From an uncultured Clostridia bacterium (GTDB lineage: Bacteria; Bacillota; Clostridia; Christensenellales; UBA3700): DNA of 46,915 bases. The notes under the pieces were generated by a model. It was not told the DNA's origin and made no database searches. It saw nothing but the letters and a program-made list of their open reading frames with translations. Shown here one piece after another: positions 9,481-17,405 of the stretch (within the stretch, counting starts at the first letter, position 1; every line of letters begins with the position of its first letter). Where the stretch lies: positions 1 to 46,915 of the forward strand of contig CAMWQA010000004.1 of assembly GCA_947176265.1 (NCBI GenBank), written 5' to 3'. A program made the translations under genes and the position numbers.

Positions 9481-9706
9481 TTAATGTTTGGCTTGTATTT
9501 TTTATTACGCTCTGGCAATCTTGTAAACGGCTACTTTATGCCGCGAAAGCCACTTGACGAGAGAAAGGAGTGCGTTAGGCTTGAACGCCATAGGCAAACC
9601 AAAACCCACCGAGTTTCGCTCGATGGGTTGCTGTGTTCGCCCTTATTTGCCTATCATACGCACTCCTGCGAGGCTCACGTCAAGTGGAACGTGGAATAAA
9701 TAGCCA

Positions 9707-11212
9707 TTATAGGCTTAATTCAATTTTCATTTTAATCGTTGTATCTTCGGTATATGAATATTTATGTGTAATCATTCTATATGTTGCCGTATAAAAAATA
9801 AGCCCCGATTTTTCGTCATCGGGACTTATTCTAATTGGACTATTAAATTGTATTTGTATCTTATCGTCAAATAATGTTATTTGCTTTATTAAAAAGTTGA
9901 TAAGTATTTGTGGCTCTAACTTTAACGCTTGATTGTAATATTCTCTTATATCGCTTTCTTTAAGTTGTACCGCTAGTTTGCTATGTTCTATGAGTATTTG
10001 CTTTTCCAACTCGGCTTGTTGCTGTTCTAGTTCGTGCAAACGCTTATTAGTTGTATTTGATATAATACCACGCTCAACGGCACTCACAAGATTATTTAAC
10101 GCTGTGTCAACTTGTCGTTTTTGCTTTTCCAACACTTTTATGATAGCGTTTTCCATTGATTGCTGTCTTTGTATTTGCAGTAACTCATTTACGATATAGT
10201 TCATAATATGTGGCTCGCTTAATTTTTCAATGGTCGCATTGATAACTAATTCTTCGAGTACGTCTTTACGCACCATTGATTTATTACAATCCGCCAAGTG
10301 TTTTTTACGCCCCCTACATTTATAGTAGTAAACCTTTGCACCTGATTTGGACGTACCGCTTTCGCCATTGAGAGTATGACCACAATAACCGCATATAAGT
10401 TTATGGCGTAATAGAAAGTCAACTTTCTCACACCGTTTACAGTTTCTATTTTTCATTACTCTTGCTCTCACAATATCGAAAGTAGATTGCGGAATAATTT
10501 GCGGATACATATTGTCAATGATTTCTTCGCCGTGTTTATATACGCCCGAATACTTTTCATTGCGTAGGATATTGTAAACGCTGTTTTTAATGAACGGCTT
10601 TCCTTTGTAGTAAATACCCATTGCTGTTAGTCCGTCAATAATTTGTCTAATGAATTTTCCTTTTGAATATTCATTATAAATATATCGTACTACTTCGGCA
10701 TCGTTTTCGTCTACGACAATTTTTCGTCCGTCCAACTTGTAGCCATACAATAACGTACCGCCTTGAAAGTAACCTTTACGGCGAGTTTCTTTCATACCAC
10801 GACTGACCTTTTGAGCAAGTTCCGCTGAATAGTATTGATTCATACCTTCGAGCAAACTCTCTAATATAATGCCTTCGGGTGTATCGGGGATATTTTCCAT
10901 TGCTGACAATACTTTTACGCCGTTATCTCTCAATGTCTTTTTATGTATTGCCGTTTCGTATTTGTTTCGAGAAAACCTATCAAGTTTGTAGACAAGTACA
11001 TAGTTCCATTCTTTGCGATTGCTATCCTTTAACATACGCTGAAAGTCGGGGCGGTTATCATTTGTACCTGTCATTGCTCGGTCGATGTAAGTATCGAGTA
11101 TGAGAATATTATTGCGTTGTGCATATTCTTCACATACTCTCAACTGTCCGTCGATAGATTGTTCCGTTTGTTGGTCGCAAGAGTATCTTGCATAAATTAC
11201 TGCTGTTTTCAT
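9707..11212 (-). CDS. Large serine recombinase (integrase)
   Basis: AVIYARYS catalytic Ser, YKLDRFSR, recombinase domain, zinc ribbon (CGYCG...YYKC...C), coiled coil. Confidence 0.95.
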   Translation of the reverse strand: MKTAVIYARYSCDQQTEQSIDGQLRVCEEYAQRNNILILDTYIDRAMTGTNDNRPDFQRMLKDSNRKEWNYVLVYKLDRFSRNKYETAIHKKTLRDNGVKVLSAMENIPDTPEGIILESLLEGMNQYYSAELAQKVSRGMKETRRKGYFQGGTLLYGYKLDGRKIVVDENDAEVVRYIYNEYSKGKFIRQIIDGLTAMGIYYKGKPFIKNSVYNILRNEKYSGVYKHGEEIIDNMYPQIIPQSTFDIVRARVMKNRNCKRCEKVDFLLRHKLICGYCGHTLNGESGTSKSGAKVYYYKCRGRKKHLADCNKSMVRKDVLEELVINATIEKLSEPHIMNYIVNELLQIQRQQSMENAIIKVLEKQKRQVDTALNNLVSAVERGIISNTTNKRLHELEQQQAELEKQILIEHSKLAVQLKESDIREYYNQALKLEPQILINFLIKQITLFDDKIQIQFNSPIRISPDDEKSGLIFYTATYRMITHKYSYTEDTTIKMKIELSL

Positions 11213-11399
11213 TTTTGTTTCTCCCTATTAAATTATTTATTTTGTCTTTCGACGGGAGCGAAATAAACGAAATCGTCTTTGCTGTTCTTCCATTGGCTGT
11301 CTTTACTCTTGCGGTCAAGGGTTGCCAACGGCAATGCACTTTACCCTTGACGGCAAGGGCGGTTTCGTTTACGCTCCCATAGGCGAAAGACAAAATAAT

Positions 11400-12284
11400 T
11401 TAATTGGCTTTTGGCATTTGCCTTATTATCTCCGCACTTATCTCGCCCATAATTAAGCCGTCGTCCACGCAAGTAAAGTTATCAAATAACAAGGCTTTTT
11501 TATCGTCTATTCCTATCGGACAAACTATATCTTCGTCCAAAATATCACTCACTAGGTAGGTGGGCAATTTACCTCCAAACACAAGTTTCTCGCCACTTTT
11601 CTCTATGTATTTGAGCAAATATCTCACGGCTTGCGGTATCTCTCTTGAACATATCTCTTTGAAATCGTTCCGTCCAAAGTGTTTTAGAAAGTGCGTGTTT
11701 TGATAGGTTGTTTGTTTCCTATGGCTCTTTGTACTAAAATCGTTGACTTGTTCCAACGTGCCTATCATTTGCGGTATGTAGAAGATTCCGTGAAAATGTA
11801 AGCGTTGTTTTTCGGGCGAACGCTCCCACACGCCTATATATTTCCAACCTTTACGGCTGACAAGGTGTTTGAGAGTGTTCCGCAACTTTGCCTTGAACGT
11901 TTCTTCCGTGTGCTTTTCGCTATCGTAAGTAAACGTAACAAAGTAATTCCACTCTTGCAAATATATCTTCCGCCATAAACGTGTACGCCGTTTGGCGAGA
12001 TTGTCTTTCTTTCGCTCCACGTTTTGCTCGATATATTCCGTTGCTTGCTCGGTAGTAGTAAACTCGCTTTGCAGTTTCTCGGCAATATATCCCTTGCGTT
12101 CTCGCTTGGGTAGGCTTTGACTCTCGGCGTAGGCTGTATCAAACTTTGACTGCAACTCAACTTGTCTAGGCGTTGCTATCGCAGTATTCTTCCGTTTACT
12201 GCCTTTGCCGTGCTTGTAGTTCTCTTGCAGTATCGCAATGTAATGACTTCCGTCATAATAGACTTTTGCATTTTCAAATGGCAT
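11400..12284 (-). CDS. HUH rolling-circle replication initiator protein
   Basis: Motif I FVTFTY, motif II RLHFHGI, motif III YLLKY; AAGGAG RBS. Confidence 0.85.
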   Translation of the reverse strand: MPFENAKVYYDGSHYIAILQENYKHGKGSKRKNTAIATPRQVELQSKFDTAYAESQSLPKRERKGYIAEKLQSEFTTTEQATEYIEQNVERKKDNLAKRRTRLWRKIYLQEWNYFVTFTYDSEKHTEETFKAKLRNTLKHLVSRKGWKYIGVWERSPEKQRLHFHGIFYIPQMIGTLEQVNDFSTKSHRKQTTYQNTHFLKHFGRNDFKEICSREIPQAVRYLLKYIEKSGEKLVFGGKLPTYLVSDILDEDIVCPIGIDDKKALLFDNFTCVDDGLIMGEISAEIIRQMPKAN

Positions 12285-12832
12285 TTTGTTTCGCTCCTTT
12301 ATTGCTTATTTTTGGCAAGTTCCAACACTCTCGAATAGAGCGTTTGGAAAAATACAATTTTCTCGCTTGGCTCTTGAATATTAGGCTCTCCAATAAATTC
12401 AATAGACAAGTCAATGTGTAACTCGGTTTTCAACATTTTCAAAATCTCCTTGCTGGTTGTGAGATTAGTCTAGCAATTATTCGGGGAAAGTGTTAGAATC
12501 TAACTTGTACTTTTCCCCGCCAAAACCTAGTATCTACCTAATCTCAACCAAACAAAACTTGAACAAACAAGTACAAAAATGGTGGCAACGTAAAAAAATC
12601 GGGGGCTCGTGGAAAGCCTGCGCACGAACCCCGATTTTAGTTGCCACCTTTGGGTAAGGTATTTTTTTGTTGTGTCTAGTCGTGTGGCGGGTGCTTGACG
12701 GCGAGCGTAAGCGAAGCCGCTTGTTATATCAAGCACCCGCCACAGTGCCAAAATACTTTTTGTTGTTGCTTTTATTATGCAAATATGCTACAATAGTTGT
12801 ACGATAAACAGTAATTTAACGGAGAAATAAAA

Positions 12833-13042
12833 ATGATTTTACCTGTACCCCTTATCGTAAGAAGGCGCATTATAAACAAGCTATTGGAAAAGAATGCTAT
12901 TTCTATTGAAACTGCTATTACGTTGGAAGAAGCAGGCATCTCAGGTCCAAATAATTTTCAAGCGGTTATCTCGCGCTTGATTGAACAAGGCGTCGTGCAT
13001 CAACTTGATAACAGATATTATTTGGATACGACAAAGCTGTAA
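12833..13042 (+). CDS. Small cargo protein, possibly winged-helix-like
   Basis: 69 aa; GGAG RBS; AITLEEAGI...SRLIEQGVVHQLDNRYYLD resembles a winged-helix wing. Confidence 0.65.
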   Translation: MILPVPLIVRRRIINKLLEKNAISIETAITLEEAGISGPNNFQAVISRLIEQGVVHQLDNRYYLDTTKL

Positions 13043-13080
13043 ATTTCAATTTATCGTAGAAAAATACAAATGCAAGTCGT

Positions 13081-13112
13081 GGTGTTCGACTTGCATTCGC
13101 ATTGGTGCACCA
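13081..13112 (+). repeat. Right attachment site: arm GGTGTTCGACTTGCATT plus duplicated tRNA end GGTGCACCA
   Basis: Mirrors the left site. Confidence 0.85.
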
Positions 13113-13135
13113 TTACGGGTGTATAAGAACACCTA

Positions 13136-13170
13136 GAAAGAGAAATCGCAGTTGCGGTTTCTTTTTCTTT
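13136..13170 (+). terminator. Intrinsic terminator just beyond the right att site (possibly the original tRNA terminator)
   Basis: AAAGAGAAATCGCA-GT-TGCGGTTTCTTTTTCTTT. Confidence 0.6.
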
Positions 13171-13301
13171 TGCGTTATTAATTATTACGATATTGCTAAT
13201 AAGGTTATATATTGTAGTTAGTTATGGCTTGTAAATTTACATTGCTTTTGCTATAATGATTGTACGATAAACAGCGATTTAGCGTGGAGAACGAAAAAAT
13301 T

Positions 13302-13775
13302 ATGAAATTCATTAAGAAATCAAGAAAAAGTTTTTTGTCAATGTTTGTTTTGCTAATCTGCGTTATTGCTTTTGCGGGGTGCACAAGAGGAACGGTTATT
13401 GATAGGCTTAAAAATATGTATAACGTCGATACTCGACTGTTGACTAATTGTGAAATTGTTTGTGATATATCGGGCGAAACATTTACGGGTTATGCCCCTC
13501 ATTATGCGGTAATACAGTTTAATGCAGAGCCGACGGAGTTTTTGCAGTCATTTGACAACGTAAAAGAAAATATTAAAGGCTTTTCTTCCGAAAAGAATGA
13601 AGAAATCAAAAACAGTATAGACGCCCATTCGTGTATGGAAATACCAACCGAATATTACCCAGAATGGGATGACGAATATATTTGGTATTACTCGTATGAT
13701 GTAAGAGTATCCGCTTTGTATCTGATATATTTTCCTAATGACTATAAGTTGGTGGTTTATGAAGCAGGACATTAA
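13302..13775 (+). CDS. Hypothetical lipoprotein
   Basis: ATG 13302 after GGAG; MKFIKKSRK...VIAFAG-C lipobox. Confidence 0.75.
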   Translation: MKFIKKSRKSFLSMFVLLICVIAFAGCTRGTVIDRLKNMYNVDTRLLTNCEIVCDISGETFTGYAPHYAVIQFNAEPTEFLQSFDNVKENIKGFSSEKNEEIKNSIDAHSCMEIPTEYYPEWDDEYIWYYSYDVRVSALYLIYFPNDYKLVVYEAGH

Positions 13776-13844
13776 AATAATTTAAGTTTCAATTTGGCAT
13801 ATTGGGCGAGTACAACTCCGCAATAAAACTTGATTGTATTTCGC

Positions 13845-14002
13845 TTGACTAATATATTTCAAATAACTATAATGTAAAAGTAAATTAAATATGGGTCATC
13901 GGAGGACTGACTGCCGCAGCAGTCGTGGCAAAATATTTGCCCTTAGTCGAAAAGATGTCGAGTGCGCTCGGTTATTTTAGGATAATCAGGCGCTAATTTT
14001 TT
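13845..14002 (+). promoter_or_regulatory. Promoter and structured 5' leader (possible attenuator) of MATE gene
   Basis: TTGACT-17-TATAAT; two short hairpins, then a terminator-like stem (13961-13994) with T tract before the RBS. Confidence 0.55.
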
Positions 14003-14016
14003 GTAAAGGATTGGGT

Positions 14017-15357
14017 ATGAAGATACAAATATCAGACCATTTTAATTTAAAAAGGCTGTTTAGATTTGTTTTGCCGTCAATATTTATGATGGTTGTGACT
14101 TCAATTTACGGAGTAATTGACGGACTATTCGTATCCAACTTTGTTGGTAAAACTCCATTTGCCGCAATCAATCTCATAATGCCGGTCGTTATGATATTGG
14201 GCGGTATGGGATTTATGATAGGCACGGGCGGTACTGCGCTTGTAACCAAAGTCGTGGGCGAAAGCGATAGTGAAAGAGCAAATCGCTATTTTTCTATGCT
14301 TATAATTTTTTCAGTAATCTTCGGCGTGGTATTGACAGTTATCTGTGAAATAATCCTAAGTCCTATCGTTCGTCTTTTGGGCGGCGGAAATGCAAGTGAA
14401 GAGATGCTTGAAGATTGCGTATTATACGGCAGAATTACGATAGGTTTTTCCACTTTCTTTATGTTGCAAAACATATTTCAGAGTTTTTTGGCAGCCGCCG
14501 AAAGACCTAAACTCGGTTTTTTTGTTACGTTGATAGCGGGCTGCGCAAACGCCGCTTTGGACGCATTGTTTATAATGGTTTTCAAATGGGGTATCGTAGG
14601 CGCTGCCGTTGCAACGGGAATAGGACAGGTTTTAGGCAGCGTAATACCTCTCATATATTTTGCGAGAAAAAATGGCAGTCTATTAAGATTAAAAAAGACA
14701 AATTTCGAAATCAAGCCAATATTAATCGCTTGCGTCAACGGCTCTTCCGAACTGTTAACGAACGTAGCTACGTCCATCGTAAGTATGCTATATAATTTAC
14801 AACTTATAAAATTCTATGGCGAAAACGGAGTATCTGCTTACGGCGTTATAATGTACGTTCAGCTCATTTTCTTGGCGTTGATAATAGGTTATACCATAGG
14901 AAGCGCTCCGATAGTTTCATTCAATTTTGGCGCAAAGAACGATTTAGAGCTAAAAAATATCTTTAAAAAGAGCATATTCATTTTGGCTATATCCGGCGTT
15001 GTATTATCTTTACTTGCGCAAGCGCTTGCTATACCGCTTGCAAAACTCTTCGTTGGATACGACGCGCAATTATACAATTTGACAATTCACGCTTTTAGAT
15101 TATATTCGTTTGCATTTATATTCTCCGGAGTGGCTATCTTTTCATCGGGATTCTTTACCGCTTTGAACAATGGCTTGGTTTCGGCGATAATATCTGCATT
15201 GCGCGCGTTAGTGTTTCAGATTTCATTCATATTCTTATTGCCGTTTTTATTTGGAGTTGACGGAATATGGTGGGCAATGTTTGCGACAGAAGTATTAGCG
15301 ACGATTGTCTCCGTCATATTCTTCATAGCTTACAGAAAAAGGTATCGTTATATTTAA
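14017..15357 (+). CDS. MATE family efflux transporter
   Basis: About 12 hydrophobic segments; SIYGVIDGLFVSN, NAALDALFI, GIVGAAVAT motifs. Confidence 0.93.
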   Translation: MKIQISDHFNLKRLFRFVLPSIFMMVVTSIYGVIDGLFVSNFVGKTPFAAINLIMPVVMILGGMGFMIGTGGTALVTKVVGESDSERANRYFSMLIIFSVIFGVVLTVICEIILSPIVRLLGGGNASEEMLEDCVLYGRITIGFSTFFMLQNIFQSFLAAAERPKLGFFVTLIAGCANAALDALFIMVFKWGIVGAAVATGIGQVLGSVIPLIYFARKNGSLLRLKKTNFEIKPILIACVNGSSELLTNVATSIVSMLYNLQLIKFYGENGVSAYGVIMYVQLIFLALIIGYTIGSAPIVSFNFGAKNDLELKNIFKKSIFILAISGVVLSLLAQALAIPLAKLFVGYDAQLYNLTIHAFRLYSFAFIFSGVAIFSSGFFTALNNGLVSAIISALRALVFQISFIFLLPFLFGVDGIWWAMFATEVLATIVSVIFFIAYRKRYRYI

Positions 15358-15411
15358 CTTTTTGCCATGCAAAAACTTATAGGGAAATTTGTAAAATTTT
15401 ACGAAAAGTAC

Positions 15412-15442
15412 TTGACAAGCAATACTATGCATTGTATAGTAT
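15412..15442 (+). promoter_or_regulatory. Promoter with overlapping palindromic operator (probable PadR site)
   Basis: TTGACA-17-TATAGT; ATACTAT-N7-ATAGTAT at 15422-15442. Confidence 0.7.
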
Positions 15443-15464
15443 AATATATAGCGGGGTAATACTT

Positions 15465-15776
15465 GTGGATATACAATTGAAAAAAGGAATTTTGGACGTA
15501 TGCGTGCTTGCTGCGCTCAGCAGAGGAGAAAGCTACGGCTATAAAATAATAAGCGACCTTACGGGCATTATCGAGATATCGGAAAGCACGCTGTATCCTA
15601 TTTTGAAAAGATTAGAAGCGGGCGGATTTGTGATAACGCGCACTGCTGAATTCAGCGGACGGCTTAGACGGTATTATAAGATAACGTCGTTGGGACTTAA
15701 AAAACTCAAATCGGGCAGAGATGATTTGCTCGAAATAAACAGTATATATAAAAAGTTGTTTGGTGGACGTATATAG
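15465..15776 (+). CDS. PadR family transcriptional regulator
   Basis: GTG start; QLKKGILD..SYGYKI..ESTLYPILKRLE..RRYYKIT. Confidence 0.92.
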   Translation: MDIQLKKGILDVCVLAALSRGESYGYKIISDLTGIIEISESTLYPILKRLEAGGFVITRTAEFSGRLRRYYKITSLGLKKLKSGRDDLLEINSIYKKLFGGRI

Positions 15777-15794
15777 TCCACAGTGGAGGTAACT

Positions 15795-16496
15795 ATGACC
15801 TATAATGAATGGCGAGACGAGCTCAAAAGTAACCTCTTATGCGTACCTGAAAATGAGATGCTTAGAGTGTTGGATTACTATGCAGAAGCTTACGCCGATA
15901 GACGTGACGCAGGATATTCCGAACGTGAAATAACTGCAGAATTCGGAGCTCCGTACGACGCGGCGCAGCGCATACTTGCAGAGAACGCTGAGTATCCGGC
16001 GGAGGCAATTTGTTTGGGCGAAAAGCGCAAGGCTCAAGCTAAACCGAAATATTATCCGGAACCGCAGAGCCGTCAACCTAAAAATCAAGAATATCAAAAT
16101 GACGAAGTTCAGCCGCAGCCTAATCCTGCGCAGTATGCGTCGCAAAACGCGCAACCAAAGACAAACAATAGAGGTTGGATTTTTGCGTTGCTTTGCGTGA
16201 TATTTGCAATACCGATATTTAGCGTCATTATGACAATGGTCGGCGTGACGATTGGATTTGGCGTAACGCCGTTTGCCTTGCTTATAGCAGGCGTCGGTTC
16301 AATCATAGAAGGCGTGGTAGAGTTGTTTTCCGATATTACTTTAGGCGCTGCCACTATTGGAATAGGACTTATAACATTTGGGTTAGGTCTAATACTTATG
16401 CCGATTATTTTTAAAATCGTAAAACTCATGTGGAAACTTTTTACTAAGTTTTTCTTATGGATTAAATCGCTCTTTAGCGGAAAGGAGAAACAATAA
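15795..16496 (+). CDS. DUF1700/HAAS-domain membrane protein
   Basis: LDYYAEAYADRRDAGYSEREITAEFGAP N-terminal motif, Q/P-rich linker, several TM helices; follows PadR. Confidence 0.8.
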   Translation: MTYNEWRDELKSNLLCVPENEMLRVLDYYAEAYADRRDAGYSEREITAEFGAPYDAAQRILAENAEYPAEAICLGEKRKAQAKPKYYPEPQSRQPKNQEYQNDEVQPQPNPAQYASQNAQPKTNNRGWIFALLCVIFAIPIFSVIMTMVGVTIGFGVTPFALLIAGVGSIIEGVVELFSDITLGAATIGIGLITFGLGLILMPIIFKIVKLMWKLFTKFFLWIKSLFSGKEKQ

Positions 16497-17341
16497 TGAA
16501 ATCATTTATAAAGGTAATTATAGCAGGCGCAGTAATTCTTGTCTTGGGCATTGGCGTACTTGCCGTAGCTTTAGGTATAAACGGTTGGCAGATTGACGGC
16601 GATTACGAGATGAAAACCTTTGAATGTCAAGATACGAATACGACTCTTGATATTGACTTTGCGGCAGGTACGCTTGAGATAAACAAATATGACGGACAGT
16701 TTATTAAAATTGAATATCCCGAAAATAGTATTTGGTCGACAGACGTAACAGAGTCCAACGGCACGGTATCAGTTGCTACGACAGGGAAGTTCAGATGGAA
16801 TAATATCCCAAGTTTGTTTATGAAGATACCGACGACGAAAATATGGATACCGCAGGGCGATATATTGAATATTAAACTCGATATGGACGCAGGCACGGTA
16901 AAATTTGCAGAAGGCGAATACGGAGATTTTATTGTCGCAATGAACGCCGGAACGTTTTTAACGCAAGATATCGTATGCAAAAAGTTGTCGGTAGAAATGA
17001 ATGCAGGTACAATCAGCATTAAAGACGTCGTATCAGAGCAGAACGTAAACATTGATTTGAACGCAGGCGCTATAAACGTCCAATCGCTTGTATGTCCGGC
17101 GCTAAAAAGCGAAGTTAGCGCAGGAAGCGTAAATATCAACAAATTGCAAACCTCGTACGTTGACGTTGACGTCAATGCGGGCAGCCTCAAATTGGGAATG
17201 ACGGGTGCTAAGTCGGATTATAACATCGACGTCGATAAGAGCGCAGGATCATGTAATATATCTAATCAAAATGGTTCGACGGATAAGCGCATAAAAGCAG
17301 AAGTTTCTGCAGGCTCGTTGGTAGTCAAGTTTGACGCTTAA
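16496..17341 (+). CDS. DUF4097 beta-strand repeat protein
   Basis: N-terminal TM helix; repeated x(N/D/S)AG(T/S) motifs. Confidence 0.82.
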   Translation: MKSFIKVIIAGAVILVLGIGVLAVALGINGWQIDGDYEMKTFECQDTNTTLDIDFAAGTLEINKYDGQFIKIEYPENSIWSTDVTESNGTVSVATTGKFRWNNIPSLFMKIPTTKIWIPQGDILNIKLDMDAGTVKFAEGEYGDFIVAMNAGTFLTQDIVCKKLSVEMNAGTISIKDVVSEQNVNIDLNAGAINVQSLVCPALKSEVSAGSVNINKLQTSYVDVDVNAGSLKLGMTGAKSDYNIDVDKSAGSCNISNQNGSTDKRIKAEVSAGSLVVKFDA

Positions 17342-17356
17342 AATTATGATGATATA

Positions 17357-17387
17357 CAAAATGCAAGGCTAACAGCCTTGCATTTTT
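17357..17387. terminator. Bidirectional terminator
   Basis: AAAAATGCAAGGCT-AAC-AGCCTTGCATTTTT between convergent genes. Confidence 0.85.
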
Positions 17388-17405
17388 ATTGTATAGCATG
17401 TTGAT

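Larger units (their letters stand above)
9450..13112. mobile_element. Small integrative element in tRNA-Arg 3' end (serine recombinase, rolling-circle Rep, one cargo gene)
   Basis: Direct repeat GGTGCACCA at 9450-9458 and 13104-13112; 17-bp perfect inverted repeats at 9464-9480 and 13081-13097. Confidence 0.9.

Noticed and set aside
9397-9699. 100-aa ORF starting inside tRNA-Arg
   Set aside because: Overlaps the tRNA, att site and long hairpin; no RBS.
12527-12751. 74-aa ORF upstream of Rep as a regulator or excisionase
   Set aside because: TTG start without RBS, runs through strong hairpins, no recognisable fold; cannot be fully excluded.
9450-13112. Prophage (inovirus or microvirus) call for the integrated element
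   Set aside because: No Zot-like ATPase, coat or capsid genes are present between the att sites.
15267-15464. N-terminal extension of PadR in the ORF track
   Set aside because: Overlaps the MATE gene and the PadR promoter; homology starts at GTG 15465.
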